Assembly (NCBI GenBank): GCA_047517485.1
Contig: JAKZSU010000012.1
Span: forward strand, 643-64,642
Reading direction: 5' to 3'
Source: Alphaproteobacteria bacterium
GTDB taxonomy: Bacteria; Pseudomonadota; Alphaproteobacteria; UBA7887
Length of the DNA stretch: 64,000 nucleotides
Position numbers and translations under genes: made by a program. Every line of letters starts with the position of its first letter. Position 1 is the stretch's first letter. The notes under the pieces are model-generated. The model did not search any database. It had not been told where the DNA came from and worked only from the letters and a program-made list of their open reading frames with translations. Of the stretch, positions 40,163 through 53,298 are shown one piece after another.

Positions 40163-41359
40163 ATGACTTCGCCCACGCGCCCGGGCTCGATCGGCCCGCT
40201 GTTCTGGATTTTTCTCAAACTCGGCCTGACTTCGTTCGGCGGTCCGACCGCGCACATCGCCTATTACCGCGAAGCCTTCGTCGTCAAACGCGATTGGCTG
40301 AGCGAGCAGGCGTTGGCGGACTTGCTCGCGGTGGCGCAATTGCTGCCCGGGCCGACCTCGAGCCAGATCAGCATTTCGATCGGTGCGATGCGGGCCGGCC
40401 CGGTGGGCGCGGTCGCCGCGTGGCTCGCCTTCAGCTTGCCCTCGGCGGTCTTGATGGTCGCCTTCGCGTTCGGGCTCGGCGCGTTCGAAGACCCGGCCGC
40501 GAGTGGCTGGCTCGCCGGGCTCAAGCTCGCGGCGCTCGCGGTGGTCGCCAATGCCCTGCTCGGCATGGCGCGGACCTTGGCCCCCGACCGGGCGCGGGCG
40601 ACCATCGCCGCCGTCGCGATGGCGCTCGTCGTCGTGGTATCCGGTTTTGCCGGCCAGGCCGCCGCCATCGCCGTCGGTGCCGTGGTCGGCGTCGTTTTGT
40701 ACCGCGATCGCGCGACCGCCGATGCGGGCCTGCCGATGGCGCTGGTCAGCCGGACATTCGGCATCGGCTGTCTCGCTTTGTTCGCGATCCTCATCGTCGC
40801 CTTGCCGATCGCCGTCCGGGTTTGGGATGTCCCGGCGCTGGGGCTTATCGACGGCCTGTTCCGCACCGGCGCGTTGGTGTTCGGCGGCGGCCATGTGGTG
40901 CTGCCGCTGCTCGAGACGGTGGTGGTGCCGCCGGGGTTTCTCGACCGCGAAACTTTCGTCGCCGGCTATGGCGCGGCGCAAGCGTTGCCCGGCCCCTTGT
41001 TCACCGTATCCGCCTTCATCGGCGCCGCCGCGGCGCCGGGGCTGGCCGGAATCGGCCTCGCCATCGCCTGTCTGGTGGCGATTTTCCTGCCTGGATTCCT
41101 GCTGGTGCTCGGGGTGCTGCCGTTCTGGGCGGGCCTACGCGACCGGCCTTCGGTTCACGGTGCGCTCACCGGGGTGAACGCCGCCGTCGTCGGTCTGCTC
41201 GCGGCGGCGCTCTACGATCCGGTGTGGACCAGCGCGATCGGCTCGCCGATCGACGTCGCCTTGGCCTTGGCGGCGTTCGTCGCGCTCAATCGCTGGCGGG
41301 TTCCGTCATGGGTGGTGGTCGCGGTGCTCGCGGCGGTCGGCGCCGCGCTGGCCTACTGA
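40163..41359 (+). CDS. chrA: chromate transporter (duplicated CHR domains)
   Basis: FLKLGLTSFGGPTAHIAY...QLLPGP motif, repeated in the second half. Confidence 0.85.
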   Translation: MTSPTRPGSIGPLFWIFLKLGLTSFGGPTAHIAYYREAFVVKRDWLSEQALADLLAVAQLLPGPTSSQISISIGAMRAGPVGAVAAWLAFSLPSAVLMVAFAFGLGAFEDPAASGWLAGLKLAALAVVANALLGMARTLAPDRARATIAAVAMALVVVVSGFAGQAAAIAVGAVVGVVLYRDRATADAGLPMALVSRTFGIGCLALFAILIVALPIAVRVWDVPALGLIDGLFRTGALVFGGGHVVLPLLETVVVPPGFLDRETFVAGYGAAQALPGPLFTVSAFIGAAAAPGLAGIGLAIACLVAIFLPGFLLVLGVLPFWAGLRDRPSVHGALTGVNAAVVGLLAAALYDPVWTSAIGSPIDVALALAAFVALNRWRVPSWVVVAVLAAVGAALAY

Positions 41360-43683
41360 GGGGTAAGAATGAGCCGGTGCGCGGCGATATCCTCGACGGC
41401 ATCGCGGCTCATCGGCACGGTCAAATAGTCGCCCCGCGCCCAGAGGTCGGCGAGATCGTCATAATGCGGCGACAACACATGTCCCGATTGGCCGGTATTT
41501 ACCATCGCTTGGGATCCGTCCGGATCGGCGAGATCGAATATCGTGCGCAGGCTGGCGCCGTGGGTTTCGCTGAACGGCGCCGCCGCATCGCCGATCCGGG
41601 TATTCGCCTGCATCACCGTGTACGGCCCGCCGCCGTGCTCGCGCTCGATGGTGAACAGTGGGCCGACGACCGGGAGGCTCGAGAGCATGGCGTTGCGACT
41701 GACCGCATGATGCGCGTCGCCCCAACGCCAACCCGCCGGGTCGGCGCCGTAATGCTCGGTCAACCATCGCGTCGCGTCGTCGAGCGCCGCGGCGATCTGC
41801 ATATCACAGGTTTCCGCGGCAGCGGTTCGCGTATCGTCGCACCAGGCGGTGTCGGATCGCAATATGCGTCGCAGCGCCGCCGGTCTGCGGCCGAAGTACT
41901 CATGAAAATATTCGCCGAGTTCGTCTTCGAGCAACCGCTGGGCCAGGGCGCGGTACCAGGCCTGAAAAATCAACGGCGCCGCGCCGTCCACGGTCATCTC
42001 GCCATCCCATGCCGAGACCATCCGGTGCAGTTCGCTGGCGTCATCGCCGTTGGGCGCGACCGCGAGCAGGAGCGGCAAAAACTCCAAGGCCATCAGCGAC
42101 AGCGTGTCGGTCTGCATCGCCTGGAAATCAGCCACGTCGTGCGCCTCGCGGGCGTCCAGCATGGCGGCGATCCGCCGCGCGCGATAGCCGGTCGGCCAGC
42201 TCTTGGCGATCAAATACGGATATCCCGCCGGCGTAATTCGCTGATTGGCGGTCAACAGGCGACCACTGGCGGGATTGCGCGTGCGTGGCAGCTCCTGGTA
42301 CGGAATATGATCGATCCAAGCGCCCTTGCCGGTCGCGGCTTCGCTCGGGAACCAGCCGTCGTGGTCGCGCCGAACCGGCACCCGCCCCGCGGCGACGAAG
42401 GCAATATTGCCACCCGCGTCGCCAGCGACGAAATTCATCTGCGGTCCATGAAAAGCGCGCAATCCCGCGACCAAATCATCGGCATTCGCCGCCCTGGCCA
42501 AGGCGAACGCGGCTTCCATCGTTACGTCATCCGCGGCGAGCGCGGTCCACGCCAGTGCCAGCGCCGCGCCGTCCGCGACCGGCATCGCGGACATCGGCAA
42601 TCCCGCATCGGTGACCACCGGGCCATGGACGGTGGTCCGGACGGTCTGCACCACGGCCGCCTCGCCCTTGACGGCGATGGTCTCTTGTCGTTCCGCCACC
42701 ACATCGCTCGCGGTCACGACGAACAGGTCCTGGACGTCGGGCCCGGTGTCGGTCACGCCCCAGGCGGTTGTGGCGTTACGGCCGACGATGACCCCGGGAA
42801 TTCCGGGAATGGTCGCGCCCACGACTTCGAACCCCGGCGCACTCAGATGCGCGAGATACCATGGCGCGGGCGCGGTCAAGCCGAGGTGCGGGTCGTTGGC
42901 GAGCAGCGGCAATCCCGAGGTCGACCGCGGCCCGGCAACCACCCAGTTGTTGGAGCCGACATGGATCGGCGGTGTCCGGGGCAGGACCGACAACGCCAGG
43001 TCCGCCAAGCCGGGATCGATCGCGGCGCGTCCATCGGGTCTGGGCCCATCGCCGGGATTGACCGGATAAAGCGTGTCAATCTGATCGTCGGTCAGGCGCC
43101 CGCTCATTTTCCACCGCAGCGCCTCGGCGCGGGCATTCCCCGCGAGCTGCGCCGCCATCATCTTGATCGCCAGGATCGAGTCGGTGGGGCGCCACTTCTC
43201 AGGCGATCCGCCGACCAGCGTCATCTCGATCGGCCACGCGCCGCGCCACGTTACCAATGCTTGATTGACCCCGGCGGCATAGGCCTCGGCAAGCGCCCGA
43301 CTGTCATCGCCAAGTCGGGCGAAATTGTCTTCCGCGACGCGACTAAGGCCCAAAGTGCGGTAATAGCGATCGTGCGACAGCGCGCGTGTCCCGAACAGCT
43401 CCGACAAACGGCCGGCGCCGGCGCGACGCGCCAATTCCATCTGCCACAAGCGATCCTGGGCGTGAACGAAACCCAGTCCGAAATAGGCATCGCCTTCGGT
43501 GCCGGCGAAAATGTGGGGAACTCCGTACGAATCCCGAACGATCTCGATTTCACCGTGGCTGCCCGCGACGGGTATCTCGCCATCAAGCGTCGGCAGAGAA
43601 CTCCGCGCCCAAATATACGCGCCGACACCAAGCGCGACAGCCAGGAGAAGGACGGCGGCCGCGATGCGTCGGATCCATTTCAT
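41353..43683 (-). CDS. penicillin acylase family protein (Ntn-hydrolase amidase)
   Basis: Signal/TM N-terminus (MKWIRRIAAAVLLLAVALG). Internal nucleophile motif SNNW (HVGSNNWVVAG), typical of penicillin/AHL acylases. Confidence 0.85.
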   Translation of the reverse strand: MKWIRRIAAAVLLLAVALGVGAYIWARSSLPTLDGEIPVAGSHGEIEIVRDSYGVPHIFAGTEGDAYFGLGFVHAQDRLWQMELARRAGAGRLSELFGTRALSHDRYYRTLGLSRVAEDNFARLGDDSRALAEAYAAGVNQALVTWRGAWPIEMTLVGGSPEKWRPTDSILAIKMMAAQLAGNARAEALRWKMSGRLTDDQIDTLYPVNPGDGPRPDGRAAIDPGLADLALSVLPRTPPIHVGSNNWVVAGPRSTSGLPLLANDPHLGLTAPAPWYLAHLSAPGFEVVGATIPGIPGVIVGRNATTAWGVTDTGPDVQDLFVVTASDVVAERQETIAVKGEAAVVQTVRTTVHGPVVTDAGLPMSAMPVADGAALALAWTALAADDVTMEAAFALARAANADDLVAGLRAFHGPQMNFVAGDAGGNIAFVAAGRVPVRRDHDGWFPSEAATGKGAWIDHIPYQELPRTRNPASGRLLTANQRITPAGYPYLIAKSWPTGYRARRIAAMLDAREAHDVADFQAMQTDTLSLMALEFLPLLLAVAPNGDDASELHRMVSAWDGEMTVDGAAPLIFQAWYRALAQRLLEDELGEYFHEYFGRRPAALRRILRSDTAWCDDTRTAAAETCDMQIAAALDDATRWLTEHYGADPAGWRWGDAHHAVSRNAMLSSLPVVGPLFTIEREHGGGPYTVMQANTRIGDAAAPFSETHGASLRTIFDLADPDGSQAMVNTGQSGHVLSPHYDDLADLWARGDYLTVPMSRDAVEDIAAHRLILTPQ

Positions 43684-43687
43684 GGGT

Positions 43688-44845
43688 CTAGCCCTTGTCG
43701 AGCTCGTCGAGAATGGATTGCCGATGCTCATCGAGCTTGGGAACCGGCCCGCGCGACGCGGGGTCTTCATGATTCGACAATTTGATCGGATTGCCGGCGA
43801 TCCGGATCGGCCCCGCCGCCGGGTCATCGATATCGACCACCATATTCCGCGCGACCGATTGCGGATGCTCCACAACTTGCCCGACGGTGTGCAGCGGGCC
43901 GCACGGCACCCCCGCCGCTTCCAGCTTGGCGAGCCAATGGTCGGTGGTGTCGGTCTTGAGCACCGTTTCGAGCTCCGCCTTCAGCGCCTCGACGTTCTCC
44001 ATCCGATCCGGGTTGGTGGCAAAGCGCGGATCCTCGATCAGATGGCTCGCCCCCAGGGCGTCGCATAATTTTTGATAGAGCACTTCGTTGCCGGCGGCCA
44101 TGATGATGTGCCCGTCGCCGCTTTCATAGCACTCGAATGGCGCGATCGCCGGGTGGCGGGCGCCGGTCGGGCCGGGACTTTGCCCGGTCGAGAAATAGCG
44201 CGCGATGGCATTTTCCAGGATCGCCAATTGGCAATCCAGCATCGCGATATCGATAAATTGCCCGCGCCCGGTTTGCGACCGCTCGTAGAGCGCGGAATTG
44301 ACCCCGATGGCGGTAAACATCCCCGCCGTTATATCGCCGATCGCGGTGCCGACGCGGGTCGGCGAGCCACCCTCGTGGCCGGTCAGACTCATGATGCCGC
44401 CCATGCCCTGGACCACCATGTCGTAGGCCGGGCGTTGCGACAGCGGGCCGGTTTGCCCGAACCCCGAACAGGCGGCATAGATCAGCTTGGGATAGCGCTC
44501 CTTCAGTTCGTCCCAGCCGTAGCCCAGCTTGGCCATGGTTCCGGGGCGATAATTTTCGATCAGCACGTCGGCCTTGATCAGCAATCGGTCGAGGATCGCG
44601 CGGTCGGCATCGTCCTTGAGATTGAGCGATATGCTTTCCTTGCCGCGATTGAGCGACATGAAATAGGCCGACTGGCCATCCACCCAGGGTCCATAGGCGC
44701 GCGCGTCGTCGCCGCCGGGCGGCTCGACCTTGATTATCCGCGCGCCGAGGTCGGACAGAATCATCGTGCAATAAGGGCCTGCCAAAACCCGGGTCATATC
44801 GATTACGGTAATGCCCGAGAGCGGGCCCGAGGGAGGATTGGTCAT
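43688..44845 (-). CDS. CoA transferase family III (CaiB/BaiF)
   Basis: GITVIDMTRVLAGPYCT...ENYRPG family signature. Start taken at internal ATG 44845. Confidence 0.85.
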   Translation of the reverse strand: MTNPPSGPLSGITVIDMTRVLAGPYCTMILSDLGARIIKVEPPGGDDARAYGPWVDGQSAYFMSLNRGKESISLNLKDDADRAILDRLLIKADVLIENYRPGTMAKLGYGWDELKERYPKLIYAACSGFGQTGPLSQRPAYDMVVQGMGGIMSLTGHEGGSPTRVGTAIGDITAGMFTAIGVNSALYERSQTGRGQFIDIAMLDCQLAILENAIARYFSTGQSPGPTGARHPAIAPFECYESGDGHIIMAAGNEVLYQKLCDALGASHLIEDPRFATNPDRMENVEALKAELETVLKTDTTDHWLAKLEAAGVPCGPLHTVGQVVEHPQSVARNMVVDIDDPAAGPIRIAGNPIKLSNHEDPASRGPVPKLDEHRQSILDELDKG

Positions 44846-44924
44846 TTCAGGCTTCCACGCGGTGAAGGTTGGGATCGGATAGCGCAGCGCGAACCGGGGC
44901 GCAAGTCGTGGCGCCCGGTCGACG

Positions 44925-46958
<2,034 letters not shown>

Positions 46959-47063
46959 TCAAGAAACGCGGCGCCGTTATAGCAGAGCTATGGCGATCGT
47001 TGACAGGGTCCAGGCGCTGGCTACGATCGCGCGACTACTGATCACGGGACCGGGGAGAGCGGT

Positions 47064-48215
47064 GTGGATTTTGAGCTGAGCGATGAACAAGTCGCTTTTC
47101 AGGACGTGGCGCGGGTTTTCGCCAGCGAACGAGTGGCACCGAATGCCGCCGAGTGGGACGAGGACGGCATATTTCCCGTCGATACCCTGCGTGAGGCCGC
47201 CGCGCTCGGTTTCGCCGGTATCTATTGCCGCGAGGCCCATGGCGGCAGCGGTCTCGGGCGCCTCGACGCGACAGTGATTTTTGAGGAACTGGCGGCGGCC
47301 TGCCCCTCGACCGCGGCCTATATCTCGATCCACAACATGGCGACCTGGATGATCGACAGCTTCGGCACCGATGACCAGGCCGCGCGGTGGCTGCCCGGGC
47401 TCACCTCGATGGACCTGATGGCGAGCTATTGCCTGACCGAGCCGGGTGCGGGGTCGGACGCCGCGGCCTTGAAGACCCGCGCCAAGCGCGACGGCGACGA
47501 CTACGTCCTCAATGGCACCAAGGCTTTCATTTCCGGCGCATCGACCTCCGACATCTACGTCTGCATGGTGCGCACCGGCGGCGACGGGCCGGACGGCATC
47601 TCGTGCCTGGTGGTCGAAAAGGACGCGCCGGGCCTGTCCTTTGGTCAGCAGGAAAAGAAGCTCGGATGGCACTCGCAACCGACCGCCGCGGTGATATTCG
47701 AGGACTGCCGGGTTGCCATCGCCAATCGCATCGGCGCCGAGGGCGACGGCTTCAAGATCGCCATGGCCGGGCTCGACGGCGGCCGCATCAACATTGCCGC
47801 GTGCTCGATCGGCGGCGCCCGCGCGGCGCTCGAGGCAGCCCGCGATCATCTTCTGGTGCGCGAACAGTTCGGGCGAAAACTGGCGGAATTCCAGGCGCTT
47901 CAATTCAAGCTCGCCGACATGGCGACGGAATTGGAGGCGGCGCGCCTGATGGTTCGCCAAGCCGCCGCCAAGCTCGATGCCGGCACGCCCGACGCCACCA
48001 CCTTGTGCGCCATGGCTAAGCGGTTCGCCACCGATGCCGGATTCATGGTGTGCAACGAGGCGCTGCAGCTGCACGGCGGCTACGGGTACTTGCGCGATTT
48101 TCCGGTCGAACGCCATTTGCGCGACCTCAGAGTCCACCAAATTCTCGAAGGGACCAACGAAATCATGCGCGTCATCATCGCGCGGCGACTTTTGCGCGGC
48201 AACGCACCGCTGTGA
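47064..48215 (+). CDS. acyl-CoA dehydrogenase (isobutyryl-CoA dehydrogenase-like)
   Basis: ACAD fold with a catalytic Glu near the C-terminus ([17 protein letters not shown]). Confidence 0.85.
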   Translation: MDFELSDEQVAFQDVARVFASERVAPNAAEWDEDGIFPVDTLREAAALGFAGIYCREAHGGSGLGRLDATVIFEELAAACPSTAAYISIHNMATWMIDSFGTDDQAARWLPGLTSMDLMASYCLTEPGAGSDAAALKTRAKRDGDDYVLNGTKAFISGASTSDIYVCMVRTGGDGPDGISCLVVEKDAPGLSFGQQEKKLGWHSQPTAAVIFEDCRVAIANRIGAEGDGFKIAMAGLDGGRINIAACSIGGARAALEAARDHLLVREQFGRKLAEFQALQFKLADMATELEAARLMVRQAAAKLDAGTPDATTLCAMAKRFATDAGFMVCNEALQLHGGYGYLRDFPVERHLRDLRVHQILEGTNEIMRVIIARRLLRGNAPL

Positions 48216-49249
48216 ACGAGGCCGCCGAAATCCACTTCGCCGTCGACCGCGGAGTCGGTCGGATCGTCCTCGACCGTCCGCGGACGCTCAACGCGCTGAC
48301 CCTCGGGATGGTGCGCCAGATCGACCCCATGCTGCGCGCCTGGGCCATTGATCCCGAAATTCGGGAAGTCGTCATCAGCGGCGCCGGCGATCGCGCGTTC
48401 TGCGCCGGAGGCGATATTCGCACCCTCTATGAAGAAAAAAACGCCGGCGGCGATTTCGCGCGCGGATTTTTCGCCGAGGAATACATCCTCAATCGCCTCA
48501 TCAAGCGTTATCCCAAACCCTATATCGCCATCCTTGACGGCATCACCATGGGTGGCGGCGTCGGCGTTGCGGTCCACGGTGGCTATCGGATCGCCACCGA
48601 TCGGACGGTCTTCGCTATGCCGGAACTGGCGATCGGTTTTTTCCCCGATGTCGGTGGCGGCTGGGTCCTGGTTCACGCCGCCGGCCGGATCGGCCTGTAC
48701 CTGGCGCTTTCCGGCGGACGGACGAAAGCCGCCGACAGCCTCTACACAGGCACCGCGACGCACTATGTCGGCGACGACCACTTGGCCGATTTCGTCGCCG
48801 CGATTGGCGACGCCCCGATCGAGGATTTGCTGGAACGATTTGCGAGCGATCCCGGGCCGGCGCCGCTTGCCGAAAACGCGGACGCGATTACGCGATGTTT
48901 TTCGCACCCCACAGTCGAGGACATTATGGCGGCTCTCGATATTGAGGCCGGGGAATGGGCGGAGAAAGCGGTCGCCAGTATGCGACGCGTTTCTCCGACC
49001 AGTCTGAAAGTCGCCAAACAGCATTTGGACCGCGCGATCGATCTCACCTTCGAGGCCAATATGGTTCTGGAATATCGGATGAGCCAGCGCTTCATAGCCG
49101 AGCATGATTTTTGCGAAGGCATACGGGCTCTGGTAATCGACAAGGACAATACGCCTGAGTGGCGCCCGTCTAATCTACAGGATGTGACCGAGGCGGAGGT
49201 TGCCGCCTATTTCGCGCCGCTCGGCGATCGCGATCTGCGCTTCGATTGA
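48212..49249 (+). CDS. 3-hydroxyisobutyryl-CoA hydrolase (crotonase superfamily)
   Basis: FCAGGDI and GITMGGGVG motifs; the long C-terminal extension is typical of HIBCH. GTG start overlaps the upstream stop. Confidence 0.8.
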   Translation: MNEAAEIHFAVDRGVGRIVLDRPRTLNALTLGMVRQIDPMLRAWAIDPEIREVVISGAGDRAFCAGGDIRTLYEEKNAGGDFARGFFAEEYILNRLIKRYPKPYIAILDGITMGGGVGVAVHGGYRIATDRTVFAMPELAIGFFPDVGGGWVLVHAAGRIGLYLALSGGRTKAADSLYTGTATHYVGDDHLADFVAAIGDAPIEDLLERFASDPGPAPLAENADAITRCFSHPTVEDIMAALDIEAGEWAEKAVASMRRVSPTSLKVAKQHLDRAIDLTFEANMVLEYRMSQRFIAEHDFCEGIRALVIDKDNTPEWRPSNLQDVTEAEVAAYFAPLGDRDLRFD

Positions 49250-49272
49250 GTGAACGAAGAAGGGACCTGGAA

Positions 49273-50157
49273 ATGAAAATCGGCTTTATCGGCATCGGCA
49301 ACATGGGGGGGCCGATGGCGCGCAACTTAATCGCCGCCGGTCACCAGGTCGCCGTATTCGACCTGTCGCCGGACGCCATCGCGGCGCTGGTCGATGCCGG
49401 CGCGACCGCGGCCGGGTCGCCGGTCGATGCGGCATCAGGCGTTGATGCGGTGATATCGATGCTGCCCGCCGGTCGCCACGTTCGCGAGGTCTATTGCGGC
49501 GACGGCGGTATCATTGCCGCGGCCGGCGCGGGCGCCTTGTTAATCGACTGCTCGACAATCGACGTCGTGTCGGCGCGCGCGGTCGCCGAGGAAGCATCCA
49601 AACGCGGTCTATTCGTGCTCGACGCGCCGGTCTCCGGCGGAGTCGCCGGTGCCGAGGCCGCCGCGCTGACATTCATGGTGGGCGGCGATGCCGCCGCCTT
49701 CGCCCGCGCCGAGCCGATTCTCAGCACGATGGGAAAAAAGATCGTTCACGCCGGCGCCAGCGGCAACGGTCAGGTCGCCAAAATCTGCAACAATATGATC
49801 CTCGGGGTGTCGATGATCGCGCTTGGCGAGGCCTTTACCCTCGGCGAGAAGCTCGGTCTCGAACCCCAGACCTTGTTCGACATTTCGTCGAATGCATCGG
49901 GCAGCTGTTGGGCCATGCTCAACCACCTTCCGGTGCCCGGAATCGTCGAGACAGCGGCGGCGAATCGGGATTTCAAGCCGGGATTCGCGGTCGATATGAT
50001 GCTCAAGGATTTGCGCCTCGCCCAGCAAGCGGCCCAAGATGTCGGCGCCGCGACACCGATGGGAGCGGAGGCCGCCGCCTTGTTCGGCATGTTTTCCAAT
50101 GCGGGCAATGGCGGGCTGGATTATTCCGCCATCGTAAAAATGATTGCCGGGCGCTAA
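49273..50157 (+). CDS. mmsB: 3-hydroxyisobutyrate dehydrogenase
   Basis: MKIGFIGIGNMGGPMARNL Rossmann N-terminus, preceded by an AAGGGA RBS. Confidence 0.85.
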   Translation: MKIGFIGIGNMGGPMARNLIAAGHQVAVFDLSPDAIAALVDAGATAAGSPVDAASGVDAVISMLPAGRHVREVYCGDGGIIAAAGAGALLIDCSTIDVVSARAVAEEASKRGLFVLDAPVSGGVAGAEAAALTFMVGGDAAAFARAEPILSTMGKKIVHAGASGNGQVAKICNNMILGVSMIALGEAFTLGEKLGLEPQTLFDISSNASGSCWAMLNHLPVPGIVETAAANRDFKPGFAVDMMLKDLRLAQQAAQDVGAATPMGAEAAALFGMFSNAGNGGLDYSAIVKMIAGR

Positions 50158-50256
50158 ACCGTCGCGCTATGGTCACAGGTGATTCTGCCCGTCGGGGTCC
50201 TGTTGACGGGGTGTGTGTCGGGCGTGGGGCGCCCAGCAACATATGTATGGGATGTC

Positions 50257-50766
50257 ATGGAAGACGCGGTTCCAGTCGTCGAAACACAGTCGATGGATCC
50301 CGAGACGGATTCAAAGCAGGCATTTCTCGAGTGCATTCGCTTGATCGAGCGCCTGCATCGTCGGTTTTTGGACGTCGTGAAAAGCGAACTCGAACGGCTT
50401 GGCATCGAGGACATCAACAATGTCCAGGCGGTATTGCTGAGCAACATCGAAAACGAGAACGTAACCATCGGCGAGCTGACGCTGCGGGGCTACTACATGG
50501 GCTCAAACGTCTCGTACAACGTAAAAAAGCTAGTCGAGAACAATTATCTGGTTCAGGAACGCTCTGCCCACGATCGGCGTACGACGCGCGTCCGACTGAG
50601 CAAAAAGGGCCAGTCCGTGGTGAGCGCGGTCAACGATTTGTTCGAGCACAATATTACCGCGCTGGCGGAAAATGGGCTGGCCAGCGACGAGCTACGCGGG
50701 GTGACCGCCAACCTTCGGGTTCTCGAACGATTCTGGTCCGATTACGTCAATTACGGCCCCGCCTAG
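50257..50766 (+). CDS. MarR-family transcriptional regulator
   Basis: Winged-HTH region (ELTLRGYYMGSNVSYNVKKLVENNYLVQERSAHDRRTTRVRLSKKG). Start placement is uncertain. Confidence 0.6.
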   Translation: MEDAVPVVETQSMDPETDSKQAFLECIRLIERLHRRFLDVVKSELERLGIEDINNVQAVLLSNIENENVTIGELTLRGYYMGSNVSYNVKKLVENNYLVQERSAHDRRTTRVRLSKKGQSVVSAVNDLFEHNITALAENGLASDELRGVTANLRVLERFWSDYVNYGPA

Positions 50767-50925
50767 TCGTCAAAAACGCGACATTTAATCGATCCGACCA
50801 TCCGGCGCACGGAACTGGTGCGGTAAAATGGCGTCGTCTCCAGAGTGTGAAATCGTTTACAGGCGCTTATCGGCCCGTTAAATCGGTATGACGCCCGCGC
50901 AAGAGGCGAACCGAGGGAGTGCCGA

Positions 50926-51342
50926 ATGAAGTCTCGACCAAAAAAAACCGAGGCCGCCGCCGTCGAGGCGGTGGGGCCGACGAGCGCCGAGAAAGCGCCC
51001 TGGTCGATCAAGAATTTGAGCCATGCCTGGAACGGCCTTCTCGTCGCCTGGCGCGTCGAGACCGGGTTTCGCAATCATGTTCTCGGCGGACTGGCGATGC
51101 TGACCCTGCTGATTTTCCTGCGCCCGGAACCGATGTGGTGGGCCGTGGCGCTGCTGTGTTCTGCCTTTCTGATCACCCTCGAACTGATCAACACGACGAT
51201 CGAGAGACTGGTCGATTTCGTCGATCGACGATCGCATCCGAAGATTCGGATTATCAAGGACATGTCCGCCGCCGCGGTCATCGTCGGCTCCGCGGGGGTG
51301 CTTATCGTCGGAATCGTGATGATCGTCGATACTGTTTTTTAG
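50926..51342 (+). CDS. dgkA: diacylglycerol kinase (prokaryotic DgkA)
   Basis: Three TM helices and the LITLELINTTIE motif (ELxNSAIE-type). Confidence 0.8.
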   Translation: MKSRPKKTEAAAVEAVGPTSAEKAPWSIKNLSHAWNGLLVAWRVETGFRNHVLGGLAMLTLLIFLRPEPMWWAVALLCSAFLITLELINTTIERLVDFVDRRSHPKIRIIKDMSAAAVIVGSAGVLIVGIVMIVDTVF

Positions 51343-51348
51343 CGTTCC

Positions 51349-52566
51349 CTACTTAAAGGCTTGAATGCCGGTCTGGGCACGGCCGAGAATCAGGGCGTGC
51401 ACGTCGTGCGTCCCTTCATAGGTGTTGACCGCCTCGAGATTCATCATGTGGCGAATTACGTGATACTCGTCGGCAATTCCGTTGCCGCCGTGCATATCGC
51501 GCGCGACACGGGCGATATCGAGCGCCTTTCCGGTGTTGTTGCGCTTGATCAGTGACACCATTTCAGGGGTCGCCCGGCCCTCGTCCTTGAGGCGTCCGAC
51601 CCGCAGCGCCGCCTGAAGACCGAGGGTGATCTCGGTCTGCGTGTCGGCGAGCTTTTTCTGCATCAGTTGCGTCGCCGCCAGTGGACGGCCGAACTGCTTG
51701 CGGTCGAGGACATATTGGCGCGCCGCCTGCCAGCAGAACTCGGCCGCCCCCATCGCGCCCCAGGCAATGCCGTAGCGGGCATTGTTCAGACACCCGAAGG
51801 GCCCGCCCAAGCCGCGAATATCGGGGAACGCATTTTCTTCCGGTACAAAGACCTCGTCGAGCACGATCTGGCCGGTGGGAGAGGCCCGGAGCGAGAACTT
51901 GCCCTCGATTTTGGGCGTGCTCAGGCCATCCATGCCGCGTTCGACGATGAACCCGCGGATCGCGCCGGCATCGTCTTTCGCCCATATCACCAGGGTGTCG
52001 GCAAGCGGGCTGTTGGTGATCCAAGTCTTGGTGCCGGTCAGCCGGTACCCGCCGTCGACCGCGCGGGCACGGGTGATCATGCTACCCGGGTCCGAGCCAT
52101 GGTCGGGCTCGGTCAGGCCGAAACTGCCGATATGCTCACCGCTCGCCAATGGCGGCAGAAAGCGCTCCTTCTGGTCTTCCGTCCCGTACGCAAAGATCGG
52201 CCACATCACCAGACTGGACTGCACCGACAGGCACGACCGGTAAGCGGAATCGACGTTCTCGACTTCGCGCGCGATCAAGCCGTAGGCCACCGAGCTGGCT
52301 CCGACGCAGCCATAGCCGTCGATGGTCGCGCCCAACAAGCCGATCGCGCCCATCTCTTGCATGATGCCGCGATCGAAAGTCTCGTGCCGGTTGGCCTCGA
52401 CGATCCCCGGCATCAGCCTGTCCTGAGCGAAGCTCCGCGCGGTGTCGCGGATCATCCGTTCGTCTTCCTCGAGCTGGTCCTCGAGCAGAAACGGATCGGC
52501 CCAGTCGAACACCGCCTTGTCGGCGAGGCGCGTGGTGGGGGCTTGCGGGCTGGGCTGGCTGGTCAT
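51349..52566 (-). CDS. gcdH: glutaryl-CoA dehydrogenase
   Basis: ACAD fold with a GCD-like N-terminus. Assignment is by overall similarity from memory. Confidence 0.8.
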   Translation of the reverse strand: MTSQPSPQAPTTRLADKAVFDWADPFLLEDQLEEDERMIRDTARSFAQDRLMPGIVEANRHETFDRGIMQEMGAIGLLGATIDGYGCVGASSVAYGLIAREVENVDSAYRSCLSVQSSLVMWPIFAYGTEDQKERFLPPLASGEHIGSFGLTEPDHGSDPGSMITRARAVDGGYRLTGTKTWITNSPLADTLVIWAKDDAGAIRGFIVERGMDGLSTPKIEGKFSLRASPTGQIVLDEVFVPEENAFPDIRGLGGPFGCLNNARYGIAWGAMGAAEFCWQAARQYVLDRKQFGRPLAATQLMQKKLADTQTEITLGLQAALRVGRLKDEGRATPEMVSLIKRNNTGKALDIARVARDMHGGNGIADEYHVIRHMMNLEAVNTYEGTHDVHALILGRAQTGIQAFK

Positions 52567-52609
52567 GGTCGGCGGCCTCCGAAACGGAAGCCCGGGACGG
52601 TGCGACCGC

Positions 52610-53239
52610 TCAATCGATGTGAAAGGAATTGGCGATCGCGACCAAATGGCGCAATCGACGCTCGTTCATAGTGCGAATCCGCGTGTAGTACCAGACCCCG
52701 TCGAGGTCCTGCAGCCGGAACACGAGATGCTGGGTGAGGGGGCCGATGGCGAAGACGCATGTCATTTCCCGATACGGGCCGGCGCGATTGGCGCTGGTAT
52801 TCGGCGGTTGGCAAAAATCGAGCGGCAATTTGCCGAGTGATTGGAGGCTTTCCAGCATCGATCGGACCGAGTCCCGCATAGCGTCGAAGGCGGGATCGGA
52901 TAGCGGACTGTCGGGGCTGTCGAAGATCCCGTCGGAGTCCGGTTGCGGCAGCTCGATATCAGCGGTCACGCGACCTCTCAGCCAACCGTCGGGGTCGGCG
53001 ATCGAGTCGATGATCGGCCGCATCTCGATGGTGCTAAGGTCCGCGAAGGCGCCATCGTCGGGCCGGATTCGCAGCACCGCCACCGATCCGCCCTCGGTCG
53101 ATTGACGAACGATTTCGCTGGAAAATCCGTCAGGAATTTCAAAAGTTTGCGCCGCCACGGGCACTGCGGCCATAAAGCAGACGAAATACGCGCCGGCGAC
53201 CGCGCCGATCGATTGTTTATCGAATTTGATCCCTATCAT
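52610..53239 (-). CDS. secreted hypothetical protein
   Basis: Signal peptide ([31 protein letters not shown]). Start taken at an internal ATG. Confidence 0.5.
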   Translation of the reverse strand: MIGIKFDKQSIGAVAGAYFVCFMAAVPVAAQTFEIPDGFSSEIVRQSTEGGSVAVLRIRPDDGAFADLSTIEMRPIIDSIADPDGWLRGRVTADIELPQPDSDGIFDSPDSPLSDPAFDAMRDSVRSMLESLQSLGKLPLDFCQPPNTSANRAGPYREMTCVFAIGPLTQHLVFRLQDLDGVWYYTRIRTMNERRLRHLVAIANSFHID

Positions 53240-53298
53240 GGGCAAACACGTAGGGCGCCGAAAGCGTCGCGTCAATGGTTGGCAGTGTCCTGAACTGA

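Noticed and set aside
40135-43785. 1216-aa plus-strand ORF spanning the chrA and penicillin-acylase region
   Set aside because: It is Arg/Gly/Pro-rich with no recognisable domains. It runs through chrA in another frame and antisense to the well-supported acylase gene. This is a typical long spurious ORF in >65% GC DNA.
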